64,000 bases of DNA, from positions 221,307-285,306 of the forward strand of contig CAWELO010000014.1 in NCBI GenBank assembly GCA_963809845.1, in the 5' to 3' direction. Within the stretch, counting starts at the first letter, position 1. Each line of letters begins with the position of its first letter. This DNA is from an uncultured Verrucomicrobiae bacterium. Lineage in GTDB: Bacteria; Verrucomicrobiota; Verrucomicrobiia; Limisphaerales; UBA8199. The notes under the pieces were generated by a model, which saw only the letters and a list, made by a program, of their open reading frames with translations, was not told the DNA's origin and searched no databases. Below are positions 1 to 9,355 of the stretch, piece after piece. Position numbers and translations under genes: made by a program.

Positions 1-163
1 CGGAGGCCGACTCTCACGGCTCAGGACACTCTTCCGACCGCGCCGATACGGGTGGATCCGCGCCCGGGTCGGCAATGCGCTGCAAAAACAAAGCAAATTC
101 AGCTCATTGGACCGCCAATTGGGCCGGGCGACGCGAAATGCTCGCCGAAATCCAAAATGTCTA

Positions 164-193
164 TTGACAGGCCCCGCCGCCGGGTGATATTTC
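164..193 (+). promoter_or_regulatory. candidate sigma70-type promoter upstream of the pseudopilin-like gene
   Basis: TTGACA at 164-169, an 18-nt spacer ending in TG, then TATTTC at 188-193. A perfect 16-bp palindrome GCAACCGCGCGGTTGC (208-223) lies between it and the ATG at 246. Confidence 0.3.
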
Positions 194-245
194 TTGTCAC
201 AGGATCAGCAACCGCGCGGTTGCCGGTGGGCTGACGCGTTTAAAT

Positions 246-1136
246 ATGAATAACCCTAATCCCTCCTCCGACCAAACCCGGCCTCCACGTCCGCGCCAGT
301 GGGGCTTCACGCTCATCGAATTACTCGTCGTCATCGCCATTATCGCCATTCTGGCGAGCATGTTGTTGCCTGCTCTGACCAAGGCCAAGCAGAAGGCCCA
401 AGGCATCGGCTGTCTGAATAATCTGAAGCAGATCATGCTGGGATGGCAGATGTATAATCAGGACAATAACGACAAAATTGTCCCAGCCTTCCACGGCGGC
501 AATGCCCAGGGTGGCGCATTTCCTCCAGCCCAGGGCCCCGGATGGGTTGAGGGCTGGCTGGACTGGACGACGAGCAGCGACAACACGAATCTTCTGTTCC
601 TGGTAAACCCAAAATGGGCCCGACTCGGCCAGTATCTGCAGAACCCGGGTGTGTTTAAGTGCCCGGCGGACGTCTATACTTCGGCCAATCAACGGGCTCG
701 AGGTTGGAGTTCACGGTGCCGCAGCCTCTCGGGTAACATCGGGGTGGGTATGGGCAATGCCGAAGCGGGGCCGTGGAATGCTATTTACCAACACTATACC
801 AACGCCACTTCGTTTCTGTACCCGGGCGCCGCTCAGACCTGGGTGTTCCTCGATGAACACCCCGACAGCATCAACGACGCGGGCTTCTTCAACCCCAACC
901 AAACGCAGGTCATAGATATCCCGGCCACCTACCATAATGGCGCGTGCGGGTTTTCTTTTGCGGATGGCCACGGTGAGATTCACAAGTGGTTCGGCTGCAT
1001 GTCTGGTCCGGTGCCCAAGGCCGTGAGGGCGGTGGACGGTCAGTACATAAATAGCGCGGTCAACGGTAAAACCGGGGATCCAGATATTCATTGGCTCTCA
1101 TATCACGGCGGCACGAAGACCCCGGTCTCTTATTAA
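246..1136 (+). CDS. prepilin-type N-terminal cleavage/methylation domain protein (type II secretion pseudopilin-like, DUF1559 / H-X9-DG family)
   Basis: ATG ORF of 296 aa. The N-terminus [27 protein letters not shown] is a class III signal peptide (G|FTLIE). [12 protein letters not shown] fits the H-X9-DG motif. Confidence 0.85.
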   Translation: MNNPNPSSDQTRPPRPRQWGFTLIELLVVIAIIAILASMLLPALTKAKQKAQGIGCLNNLKQIMLGWQMYNQDNNDKIVPAFHGGNAQGGAFPPAQGPGWVEGWLDWTTSSDNTNLLFLVNPKWARLGQYLQNPGVFKCPADVYTSANQRARGWSSRCRSLSGNIGVGMGNAEAGPWNAIYQHYTNATSFLYPGAAQTWVFLDEHPDSINDAGFFNPNQTQVIDIPATYHNGACGFSFADGHGEIHKWFGCMSGPVPKAVRAVDGQYINSAVNGKTGDPDIHWLSYHGGTKTPVSY

Positions 1137-1149
1137 CCCCCCGCAGACC

Positions 1150-1494
1150 ATGCGAGCCTCTGTATTAACCTGCGGCCTGCTCAGTGTCTTGTTGGTGGTT
1201 CTCGTTGGTTGCGGCAAAGGTTCTCCCGCCGCAGCCGATGCGGGCGCGCCTCCAGGAGCGATCATTGACGCTTCGAAGTTTCGGCCTGCGTTCGAGGGCG
1301 CTCCCGCCGAGGCCCAGACGCAGGTCAATAAGATCATGCTCGATATCGGGGCCTCGGATTACGTCGGGGCACTGTCGGGACTTGAAGGCCTGACGAACGT
1401 TGCCGGCCTGACGGAGCCCCAAAAGGCCGCCGCGGCGAGCTTAAGCCAGCAGCTTCAAATGAAGCTGGCGAGCATTCCGCCGCCGACTCAGTGA
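1150..1494 (+). CDS. small putative lipoprotein, unknown function
   Basis: 114-aa ATG ORF starting 14 nt after the previous gene. Signal peptide with lipobox LVGC, and the rest is Ala-rich. No family recognised. Confidence 0.5.
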   Translation: MRASVLTCGLLSVLLVVLVGCGKGSPAAADAGAPPGAIIDASKFRPAFEGAPAEAQTQVNKIMLDIGASDYVGALSGLEGLTNVAGLTEPQKAAAASLSQQLQMKLASIPPPTQ

Positions 1495-1536
1495 GCGGCG
1501 ATCCGCTTCGGCGAGATGCCTGAAGTTTAACACCAC

Positions 1537-1565
1537 GGGCGGCTTTCGAGCCGCCCGTTTCGTTT
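1537..1565 (+). terminator. intrinsic-terminator-like hairpin between convergent genes
   Basis: GGGCGGC-TTTCGA-GCCGCCC stem-loop followed by GTTTCGTTT. It lies between the stop at 1494 (+ strand) and the ffh stop at 1571 (- strand). Confidence 0.55.
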
Positions 1566-1570
1566 GCGCC

Positions 1571-2905
1571 TCAGCGTTTGAGCATCCCACCGCCCATCTT
1601 GGACATCATCCGCTGGAACTTGCCCATCTTCTTCATCATTTGCTGCATCTGGGCGAACTTGTTCAGCATGGTGTTTAGGGACGTAACCGTCACGCCGCTG
1701 CCTTTGGCGATTCGTTGCCGGCGCTTGGCGTTGAGAATGTGCGGGTTGGTCCGTTCCTGCGGGGTCATGCCGCAGATCATGGCTTCCATCTGCCGAAATT
1801 CCTTCTCCTGCTTGCTCAGGTCGGTGTTTTTGGCCACTTCCGCGCCGCCGGGCAGCATGCTGACAATGGACTCGAGCGGTCCGAGCTTCTTCATCTGACG
1901 CAGTTGATCGAGGAAATCGTCCAGGCTGAACTGGCCTTTGCGCATTTTTTCTTCAAGCCGCAGCGCCTCGTCGGCATCCACAGCCTCGGCTGCTCGCTCG
2001 ACCAGGCTGACCACGTCACCCATCCCCAGGATGCGGGTGGCCATCCGCTCTGGATGAAAGGCTTCAAAATCCTCAAGCTTCTCTCCCACCCCGGCGAATT
2101 TGATGGGTTTTCCGGTAACGGCCTTCAGGCTCAAGGCCGCGCCGCCGCGGGCGTCACCATCGAGCTTGGTCAGGATGGAGCCGGTGATGGAAAGGGCCTG
2201 GTCGAAGTGGGTTGCCACGTTCACCGCTTCCTGGCCCGTCGCGGCGTCCAGGACCAGCAGGATTTCCTGGGGTTTGACCAGGTCGCGTAGCCGCACCAAT
2301 TCCTGGACCAGCGGTTCATCGATCTGCAATCGTCCGGCGGTGTCGAAAATGAGGGTGTTGCGATTATTGGCTCGGGCAAAGTCCAGGGCTTCCCGGGCAA
2401 TTTTCAGCACGTCGGTTTCTCCGCGATGCAGGTACACCGGCAACTGGGCTTGCTGGCCGAGCTTTTCCAGTTGATCCATCGCCGCCGGACGATACACGTC
2501 CGCCGCCACCAGCAGCGGGGTGCGGCCCTGCCGCAGCAGCAACCGGCCCAGTTTCGCGCTGGAAGTGGTTTTGCCCGAGCCGTGCAAACCGGCCATCAAC
2601 ACGCAACTGGGATTGCCGCTCAATTGCATCCCGGCATTGGCCGAGCCGAGCAAGTCCACCAGTTCGTCGTGGATGATCTTGATGATCTGCTGGCCCGGTT
2701 GAATGCTCTGAATGACCTCCTGGCCGAGAGACTTGGTCTTGACGCGCTCGATAAAGTCACGCGCCACCTTGAAGTTGACATCGGCTTCGAGCAGCGCCAA
2801 GCGCACTTCGCGCAAGGCATCGCCCACGTTGGACTCGGAGATCTTGCCCAGCCCGCGCAGGTTTTTAAACGCGTTCTGGAGCTTGCCGGATAGCGAATCG
2901 AACAT
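1571..2905 (-). CDS. ffh: signal recognition particle protein Ffh
   Basis: 444 aa. GTPase motifs GLHGSGKTT, DTAGR and TKLDGD. Met-rich M-domain tail (MQQMMKKMGKFQRMMSKMGGGM). Confidence 0.97.
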   Translation of the reverse strand: MFDSLSGKLQNAFKNLRGLGKISESNVGDALREVRLALLEADVNFKVARDFIERVKTKSLGQEVIQSIQPGQQIIKIIHDELVDLLGSANAGMQLSGNPSCVLMAGLHGSGKTTSSAKLGRLLLRQGRTPLLVAADVYRPAAMDQLEKLGQQAQLPVYLHRGETDVLKIAREALDFARANNRNTLIFDTAGRLQIDEPLVQELVRLRDLVKPQEILLVLDAATGQEAVNVATHFDQALSITGSILTKLDGDARGGAALSLKAVTGKPIKFAGVGEKLEDFEAFHPERMATRILGMGDVVSLVERAAEAVDADEALRLEEKMRKGQFSLDDFLDQLRQMKKLGPLESIVSMLPGGAEVAKNTDLSKQEKEFRQMEAMICGMTPQERTNPHILNAKRRQRIAKGSGVTVTSLNTMLNKFAQMQQMMKKMGKFQRMMSKMGGGMLKR

Positions 2906-2964
2906 TCCCTAACCTAGGGCAGGGCACGCGGGTTGACAAGAAGCCTCGGTCGCGTCCGCGCCCT

Positions 2965-3120
2965 GACGGCAGCACCCTCCCCGGAGCGCCGGCTTCAAGC
3001 CCGCTTACGCCGCTCGGCGATTCCTATCGTGCTCCGGTGGACATTGGACGCGTTAAGCCGGCTGCAAGCCGGCGCTCCCGTCTGACGGTGTTCCGCGAGG
3101 GTAATGACGGGATGCGCTCG
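2965..3120 (+). repeat. ~150-bp GC-rich palindromic intergenic repeat, family A copy 1
   Basis: Near-identical to 56408-56559 and, inverted, to 11968-12104. Perfect 13-bp arms GGAGCGCCGGCTT / AAGCCGGCGCTCC bracket the core. Confidence 0.8.
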
Positions 3121-3259
3121 TCCGCTGGGGGTGCGGGAATGGGGGAGGTGCGGCCTGGGCCTCGGATCTGCCGCCAGCTAATTCTGCGTGACGGCGGTCT
3201 GCCGGATCTCTAATGTGGGCGCGTTCGAGCAATTCTACTTCCTGAAACCGAATCTGCCG

Positions 3260-4567
3260 ATGTCCATGCAAACACGTTTTGATCTGACCCAAACAGATAT
3301 CCCCAAGGCCTGGTACAATCTGCTGGCCGACTTTCCGGCGCCGATGCCCCCGCCGCTGCACCCCGGCACCAAAGAACCGCTGCCGCCGGAAGCCTTGCTG
3401 GCCATTTTTCCCGAGAACCTCGTCAAGCAGGAGATGAGCGCCGAGCGATGGATCGAAGTGCCCGAACCGGTCCGCTCCATCTATGCGCTCTGGCGGCCCA
3501 CGCCTTTGCTGCGGGCGGTCCGGTTTGAACAGGCGCTCCAGACCCCGGCTCACATTTACTACAAATACGAAGGGGTGAGTCCCGCGGGGAGTCACAAGGT
3601 GAACACATCGGTCGCGCAGGCCTTCTTCAACAAAGAAGCCGGAACCAAACGGCTGGCCACCGAAACCGGCGCCGGGCAATGGGGGGCTTCACTGGCCCTG
3701 GCCTGCAAGCTGTTCGGGCTCGAATGCAATGTGTACATGGTCAAGGTCAGCTATCAGCACAAGCCTTACCGTAGAATGCTGATGCATACCTGGGGCGCCA
3801 CGGTTCATTCCAGTCCCAGCGATCAGACCGATTACGGTCGCAAACTCCTGGCTGAAGACCCGCACTGCCCGGGCTCGCTGGGCATCGCGATCAGCGAGGC
3901 CATCGAAGACACGGTCAAGCACCCCCACACGAAATACTCCCTCGGGAGCGTGTTGAACCATGTCTGCCTGCACCAGACCGTGATCGGCCAGGAGAGCATC
4001 CGCCAGATGGAGATGGCGGGCGAGGAACCCGACGTCATCATCGGCTGCTGTGGCGGCGGGAGCAACTTTGCCGGGCTGGCGTTTCCGTTCCTGCGCAAAA
4101 TGATCACCGAGGGCAAAAAGTATCGTGTTGTGGGGGTCGAGCCTTCCGCGTGCCCGACGCTCACCAAGGGGGAGCTGCGTTATGATTTCGGGGACACTGC
4201 GGAAACCACGCCGCTGCTGATGATGTACACCCTGGGCCACAAGTTCATGCCGCCTGCCATCCACGCCGGCGGGTTGCGTTACCATGGCATGTCGCCCATG
4301 GTCAGCCACGCGCTGAAGCTGGGGTTGATCGAGGCGGAGGCCTATCACCAGACCCAGGTCTTCGCGGATGCCACCCTGTTCGCTCAGACCGAAGGGATCG
4401 TGCCTGCGCCCGAATCCGCCCATGCCATTTCCGCGGTGGTGGCCGAAGCCCGGAAGGCGCGCGAGGCCGGACGCAAACGCGTGCTGTTGTTCAACCTGTC
4501 CGGCCACGGCCTGTTGGACCTCAGCGCGTACGAAACCTACCAGACGGGCAAACTGCAGGATGTCTGA
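3260..4567 (+). CDS. trpB: TrpB-like PLP-dependent enzyme (tryptophan synthase beta chain, type 2)
   Basis: PLP-lysine box PAGSHKVNT and [11 protein letters not shown]. The N-terminal extension [20 protein letters not shown] is typical of TrpB2. Start taken at ATG 3260, although the ORF opens at 3188. No trpA is adjacent. Confidence 0.9.
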   Translation: MSMQTRFDLTQTDIPKAWYNLLADFPAPMPPPLHPGTKEPLPPEALLAIFPENLVKQEMSAERWIEVPEPVRSIYALWRPTPLLRAVRFEQALQTPAHIYYKYEGVSPAGSHKVNTSVAQAFFNKEAGTKRLATETGAGQWGASLALACKLFGLECNVYMVKVSYQHKPYRRMLMHTWGATVHSSPSDQTDYGRKLLAEDPHCPGSLGIAISEAIEDTVKHPHTKYSLGSVLNHVCLHQTVIGQESIRQMEMAGEEPDVIIGCCGGGSNFAGLAFPFLRKMITEGKKYRVVGVEPSACPTLTKGELRYDFGDTAETTPLLMMYTLGHKFMPPAIHAGGLRYHGMSPMVSHALKLGLIEAEAYHQTQVFADATLFAQTEGIVPAPESAHAISAVVAEARKAREAGRKRVLLFNLSGHGLLDLSAYETYQTGKLQDV

Positions 4568-4577
4568 GGGGCGGCCG

Positions 4578-4859
4578 GTCAACGCCATTTGGTCAACGCA
4601 AAGACTTCAACGCAAAGACGCAAAGACGCAAAGACGCGAAGGTGGGAACTGAGTCTCACCTCAGAGGCAAGGCTCGGCTTTGAGCGGCGTCAGCATGGAG
4701 TCCCTCTTCGGACTTCGCCTCCCTCAGACCCTTCAGTTCTTTGCGTCTTTGCGTCTTTGCGTCTCTGCGTTAATTGTTAGACCCAGTTTCCCTCTCCGCG
4801 TCTTGGCGTCTTGGCGTTGAAGTCTTTGCGTGGAACCTCCGCGTTGAGTCTCTGCGTTA
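4578..4859. repeat. inverted arrays of the octamer GCAAAGAC (family C)
   Basis: Left arm ACGCAAAGACTTCAACGC(AAAGACGC)x3 at 4595-4637. Complementary arms (GCGTCTTT/GCGTCTTG runs) at 4736-4771 and 4798-4831. It lies between the convergent trpB2 and cutA genes and overlaps the cutA 3' end. Confidence 0.8.
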
Positions 4860-5179
4860 GCTACCGAGGCGCGCCACCAATCCAAGTAACGCTCGTTTCC
4901 CCGGTGGATGCGCAGCGTTACGAATTCCGGCGTGTCATACGGGTGCTTGGCCACGACCAACTTCTCGAGCGCGGCCACCCGATTACCGGTGGTTTTCAGC
5001 AAAAGCAGGACCTCGGTCCCCTTCTCGATTTTCCCCTGCCACCAATAATGTGATTCGAGCTTTGGGATCAAGTTAGCGCAGGCCGCCAGCCGCGCTTTAA
5101 GGGCGGCTCTGGCCAGCATGCGCGCGGTCTTTAAATCCGGCGCGGTAACCAGGGCAATTAGAAACGCTCCATCTTTCAT
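4733..5179 (-). CDS. cutA: divalent-cation tolerance protein CutA with a repeat-encoded C-terminal extension
   Basis: MKDGAFLIALVTAPD...HYWWQGKIE...KHPYDTPEF matches the CutA1 fold signature. Start taken at ATG 5179. The last ~40 codons and the stop lie inside the octamer repeat. Confidence 0.85.
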   Translation of the reverse strand: MKDGAFLIALVTAPDLKTARMLARAALKARLAACANLIPKLESHYWWQGKIEKGTEVLLLLKTTGNRVAALEKLVVAKHPYDTPEFVTLRIHRGNERYLDWWRASVANAETQRGGSTQRLQRQDAKTRRGKLGLTINAETQRRKDAKN

Positions 5180-5219
5180 AGTTTTTAACACACGTATCAG
5201 CGATCCATGTGAGTATTCC

Positions 5220-6971
5220 TCACCGAGGCATGACATGCGGCCAATTCAGCGGCACCCCTTGCTGGCCGAGCAAGTCCTGAACACCCTTCAACGAAGCGGC
5301 ATCATGCCGGACCGCGTGCGGGTACGTTTCATGTTCCCGGCAGTAGGCCACCAGCGTTCCCACGGCCTCGCCGATATTCCATTCGACCGGGTGGAGGCGA
5401 TAGCAGCCGTTGGTGATGTGAGTGACTCCGAGATTTTTGCACGCGGGCAGGAGGTTGCGCATGCGCTGCGGCACCAGCGCCCCCAGAGGGATCTGGAAGG
5501 GCAAGGAACTGGTATCGATATAATTGTCTCCGCCCGTCGTCGGGTGCAGATCAATGCGATAGCTGCCGATGCCGACCGAGTCTGGAAACTCCGTCGCGCG
5601 GACTTGGTCGCGCCCCGTTCCGGTCTCTCGCATGCGCGACTCGGTGGAGACATGTTGCTCCAAGACGATGAACTCCGCTCGGATTCGACGGCTCTCGCGG
5701 ATGTAGGGATACTTGGCCAGGCCGTCCTCGGTTCCCACAATATCCGGTCGCAAACGCACGCCTTTCCAGCCCGAACCGCCGTCGGGGCGCGGGGCTTCGG
5801 TTTGCAGCCAATACACGAGAGAGAGGCTCAGTTGCTTGGCCCGAGCCCGATGGCGCGCCGCTTCCTCGTCGCTCACCTCACAGAGATTGCCCAGGAGATA
5901 GTCGTTCTGCGGCCAGTTCACCAGGGTGATGTCCGCGGCAAAGGCGCCCGGAGCAAACAGGCGCTTATCGGCAATCCGGCGATAGCTCCAAAAGCCGGTT
6001 CCCGTTTCCGGGTTGGTAGGCATCCGCCTCGGTTTGAGCGTTTGTGGATCGCAACAATCCCAGGATAAGAGCGGGCCCGTCCAACTCGGTTTAAGCGCCG
6101 GGCTGAACTCGCGCCAAAAGGCATACTCGTCCGGGCGATCGAGGGTATGATCCTGGCCCGGCAGGTAATCCAGGGCAAAGCAGTAAGTGAACGCCTGCAT
6201 ATTGAGCGGCGCGGCTTCGGGCGGAGCATGTGGCTCTCCGGTTTCGCGCTGGCTTTCGGCTCCGGTGACGTACTCCGTTCCTGTCAGCGGCAGCAAATCG
6301 CCCAACTCGGTTGCATCCGCAAAGAAAGGCGCGCGCAAGTTGATGTCCTGACCCGTCTCCAAACTCCGCGCCTGGACGGACTCGACGGCGTCGCCCTGGA
6401 CCTGGGCCGACGCGGCTCGGTGCCGGGCCAGGACCTGAATTCGCAGTCCGGACACGTGCGGTGCAAAGGTCTCAAGCAATGCCGCCAGGGCAACTCGAGG
6501 TTCACAGCAAAGCCGAGAGACCCAGCCGTTGCCGGGGTTCAGGTAAGGCTGGGCTCGCGCTTCAGCCGTGAGCGGATAATTGCGTAGGTAATAGTCGCGA
6601 ATCCGTTGTCGTAAATTCAGGTAGGACCGGGTGCCACCGAAGCTTTCGATCCACGGATTCTCGTCAGGGGGAACGGCTTGCGAAGTAAGCTGGCCCCCAA
6701 TCCAGTCGGTCTCCTCGGTCATGATGACGCGCAATCCCAGCCGGGCCGCCGCCAAGGCCGCCGCGCACCCGCCAACCCCGCCACCGATGATCACAAGATC
6801 GGCTTCAAGTTCGTGAGCTCGGGGGGCCACCGGCGGTGTTAACGCCGGCGCTTCAACGGCAGCCCCCTCCGAACTCAATGCGCCCCCGCCCAGGAAAACG
6901 GGCGCTATGACCCCAAACGACTTTAGAAATGATCGTCGCCGCATCCCGTCCGCCTGTTGCTTCCGCCTCAT
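5220..6971 (-). CDS. TAT-exported FAD-dependent oxidoreductase
   Basis: Twin-arginine leader MRRRSFLKSFGVIAP and dinucleotide fold DLVIIGGGVGGCAAALAAARLG. Start at ATG 6971 or 6944. The annotated ORF start at 7190 runs into an AT-rich intergenic region. Confidence 0.8.
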   Translation of the reverse strand: MRRKQQADGMRRRSFLKSFGVIAPVFLGGGALSSEGAAVEAPALTPPVAPRAHELEADLVIIGGGVGGCAAALAAARLGLRVIMTEETDWIGGQLTSQAVPPDENPWIESFGGTRSYLNLRQRIRDYYLRNYPLTAEARAQPYLNPGNGWVSRLCCEPRVALAALLETFAPHVSGLRIQVLARHRAASAQVQGDAVESVQARSLETGQDINLRAPFFADATELGDLLPLTGTEYVTGAESQRETGEPHAPPEAAPLNMQAFTYCFALDYLPGQDHTLDRPDEYAFWREFSPALKPSWTGPLLSWDCCDPQTLKPRRMPTNPETGTGFWSYRRIADKRLFAPGAFAADITLVNWPQNDYLLGNLCEVSDEEAARHRARAKQLSLSLVYWLQTEAPRPDGGSGWKGVRLRPDIVGTEDGLAKYPYIRESRRIRAEFIVLEQHVSTESRMRETGTGRDQVRATEFPDSVGIGSYRIDLHPTTGGDNYIDTSSLPFQIPLGALVPQRMRNLLPACKNLGVTHITNGCYRLHPVEWNIGEAVGTLVAYCREHETYPHAVRHDAASLKGVQDLLGQQGVPLNWPHVMPR

Positions 6972-7274
6972 AACCCTCTTTCTATCAGGGAACTCCCGCC
7001 CGATAAACTCATAAACGAGCGGCGTGCCAAAGGTCGGGATCTCTTGGGGCTTGGATTTTGGGGCCGGATCGATCAAAAGTGGCCTAGACAAGGAGTGGAA
7101 GAATTGCCTAACATTTTTTTTGAAATATATTTTGCTTTTTTTGAAGACGCTGGTAGAAAGAAATCGGTTCTGTTTTTCGTCGGACAACACATTTTTTATT
7201 GTTGAGCTGGTTCCGCTTGGGCGCTTCTATTCCTCACGACCAAGTTCTCGGACGGTTAGAGAGATCGTGTCGGA

Positions 7275-8000
7275 ATGAACGTACTTGGAATTTTAGCGGC
7301 ATCGGTTGGCAAAGCCAACGAGGCGGAATTGCTTTATGTGTGGGAGCAAGCCACACCTGAAGCAAAGGTCATCATTGCCTGCCTCGTCATCTTCTCCATC
7401 ACCGCGTGGTCGGTCATGATTGGCAAGGCGCTGCAAATGCGCCGAGCCAAGCGTCTGAACCTGTTTTTCAACACCGAATACCGCACCCAGAAGCATGTGC
7501 TGGATGTGTATGACCGGCGGGTCCAGGCCGATGGTTGTCCGCTCTTCATGGTCTATCACGCCGGCAGTATCGAACTGGATACGCGGCTCAAGAACGCCGA
7601 CGGCAATGGCCGCAAGCGGTTTGTGTCCCTCAAGGGGATGGAACACGTCAAGCGGTCGCTCGAAAACACGGTGGCCCAGGAGTCCTTGAAGCTCGAGTCG
7701 GGCCTGATTCTTCTGGCCATTGCCGTGAGCGGGGCGCCTTTCCTGGGCCTGCTGGGCACTGTCTGGGGGGTGATGAGCACTTTCGGTCATATTGCCCAGC
7801 AAGGCAGCGCCACCATGGCCGCCATGGCGCCGGGCGTGGCCGCAGCCCTCATCACCACCGTGGCCGGCTTGCTGGTCGCCATCCCTTCCATGTTCGGTTA
7901 CAACTGGCTGGTCCACAATCTCCGCGTCCAGACGGTCGAACTGGACAACTTCGCGCAAGACCTCGTCTCGAAGATGGAGACCGAATACCTCGAAGAATGA
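7275..8000 (+). CDS. tolQ: MotA/TolQ/ExbB proton-channel protein (TolQ by context)
   Basis: 241 aa with three TM segments and a GLLGTVWGVMSTF-type motif. First gene of the tol-pal cluster. Confidence 0.85.
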   Translation: MNVLGILAASVGKANEAELLYVWEQATPEAKVIIACLVIFSITAWSVMIGKALQMRRAKRLNLFFNTEYRTQKHVLDVYDRRVQADGCPLFMVYHAGSIELDTRLKNADGNGRKRFVSLKGMEHVKRSLENTVAQESLKLESGLILLAIAVSGAPFLGLLGTVWGVMSTFGHIAQQGSATMAAMAPGVAAALITTVAGLLVAIPSMFGYNWLVHNLRVQTVELDNFAQDLVSKMETEYLEE

Positions 8001-8063
8001 AAACTTGCCGGTCACGGAGGTCAGCGCGGTTCGCCCGTCGAGCGCACGTCTCGAACTGAACTC

Positions 8064-8480
8064 ATGCGCCGCTTTTCCCAACGCAGTTCACTGGTCACAC
8101 TGAGCGAGATCAACATCACGCCGTTGCTCGACCTCGCGTTCGTGCTGCTGATCATCTTCGTCATCACCACCCCACTGTTGGAGCAGGGCATTGAATTGAA
8201 ACTGCCCAAGGGCGGCGAACCCGATCGAAAGATCGACAAGAGCGATATTCGCACGGTGGAGATTTCTTTGGACGGCACGTATTACCTGAATCGCCAGAAA
8301 CTGTCGCTGGACCAGGTTGAGGCGAATTTGGTCAAAGACGCTCGTTTCGACCCAAACCTGGTCGTCTATATCCGGGCGGACGGCCGGGGCCAATGGAATT
8401 ATGTGGCGGCGATTATGGACCGGTGCCAGCGTCACAAAATCCGAATGGCCGCCCGCACGGAACCACCGGGCGGACACTAA
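8064..8480 (+). CDS. tolR: ExbD/TolR biopolymer transport protein
   Basis: 138 aa. INITPLLDLAFVLLIIFVI is the ExbD/TolR TM signature. Confidence 0.85.
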   Translation: MRRFSQRSSLVTLSEINITPLLDLAFVLLIIFVITTPLLEQGIELKLPKGGEPDRKIDKSDIRTVEISLDGTYYLNRQKLSLDQVEANLVKDARFDPNLVVYIRADGRGQWNYVAAIMDRCQRHKIRMAARTEPPGGH

Positions 8481-9355
8481 TGAATCGGACCCAAAAGAAA
8501 TGCGTGCTGGCGTCGGCGGGCGCGCACCTGCTGCTGGTCGTGATTTTAATCATCGGACCGGCCTTCGGCTCCTCGCGGCGCAAGCCCGACGAGGTCCCCC
8601 TGCTTGATTTCGTGCCCTACAAGACGGTAGATGCCCTGGTTTCCGGAGGCGGATATCGCGACGGCCGGCCGCCGCAAATGGCGCCGGTGCCCAGAACTCA
8701 ACCCCCGGCGCCGCAACCGCAGGCCCAACCGCAACCGCAGCCGCCGGAAAAGCAGCGGGACCCCGACCCCCCGAAAGAAGCCGCCAAAGAAGCCGATCCA
8801 CCGGAAAAGCCGGTGGAATCCCTGGTGCCGAGCGCGCGGCCGAAGCGCAAGCCCGAGGTTAACATGACACTGGTCAAGCGGAAGCGCTCGACCGACGAAG
8901 CGAAGACCAAAGCCGAGGCCCGGGCCCGCGAGGAAGCCCGCGCCTACGCGGATTCTCGGCGGCAGATCGCCCGAGAAATCGGACGCCTGGCGGATCGGAT
9001 TGGCGAAGAAACTGCCGGCAGCACGGAGATTAAGCTCCAGGGCCCTGGAGGCGGAGGGGTGCCCTACGCCAATTTCCTGCAGGCGGTAAAAACGGTTTAT
9101 ACCGACGCCTGGGTGGTGCCCGATGGCGTGATTAACGACCAGGCCACCGCTGTCGCCGCCGTGACTATCGCCCGGGACGGGACCGTGCTCCGATACCGCC
9201 TGGTGACCCGCTCGGGCGATTCGTTGGTGGATCATTCGGTCCAGGCCACCCTGGAACGAGTTAAGTTCGCCGCGCCGCTGCCTGAAGATTCAAAAGAGCA
9301 GGAACGGACGGTAACAATTAATTTTAATGTTAAAGCAAAACAAGGAATTGGATGA
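8480..9355 (+). CDS. TolA/TonB-family energy transducer
   Basis: ATG 8480 overlaps the tolR stop (TAATG). TM anchor, Pro/Gln/Lys-rich spacer (PQPQAQPQPQPPEKQ) and a TonB_C-like C-terminus. It sits between tolR and tolB. Confidence 0.75.
   Translation: MNRTQKKCVLASAGAHLLLVVILIIGPAFGSSRRKPDEVPLLDFVPYKTVDALVSGGGYRDGRPPQMAPVPRTQPPAPQPQAQPQPQPPEKQRDPDPPKEAAKEADPPEKPVESLVPSARPKRKPEVNMTLVKRKRSTDEAKTKAEARAREEARAYADSRRQIAREIGRLADRIGEETAGSTEIKLQGPGGGGVPYANFLQAVKTVYTDAWVVPDGVINDQATAVAAVTIARDGTVLRYRLVTRSGDSLVDHSVQATLERVKFAAPLPEDSKEQERTVTINFNVKAKQGIG

Noticed and set aside
7275-8480. MotA/MotB-like pair as a Zorya-type defence module
   Set aside because: The proteins are short, canonical TolQ/TolR sizes. 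They are followed by TolA-like, TolB and Pal genes, which is a standard tol-pal cluster.
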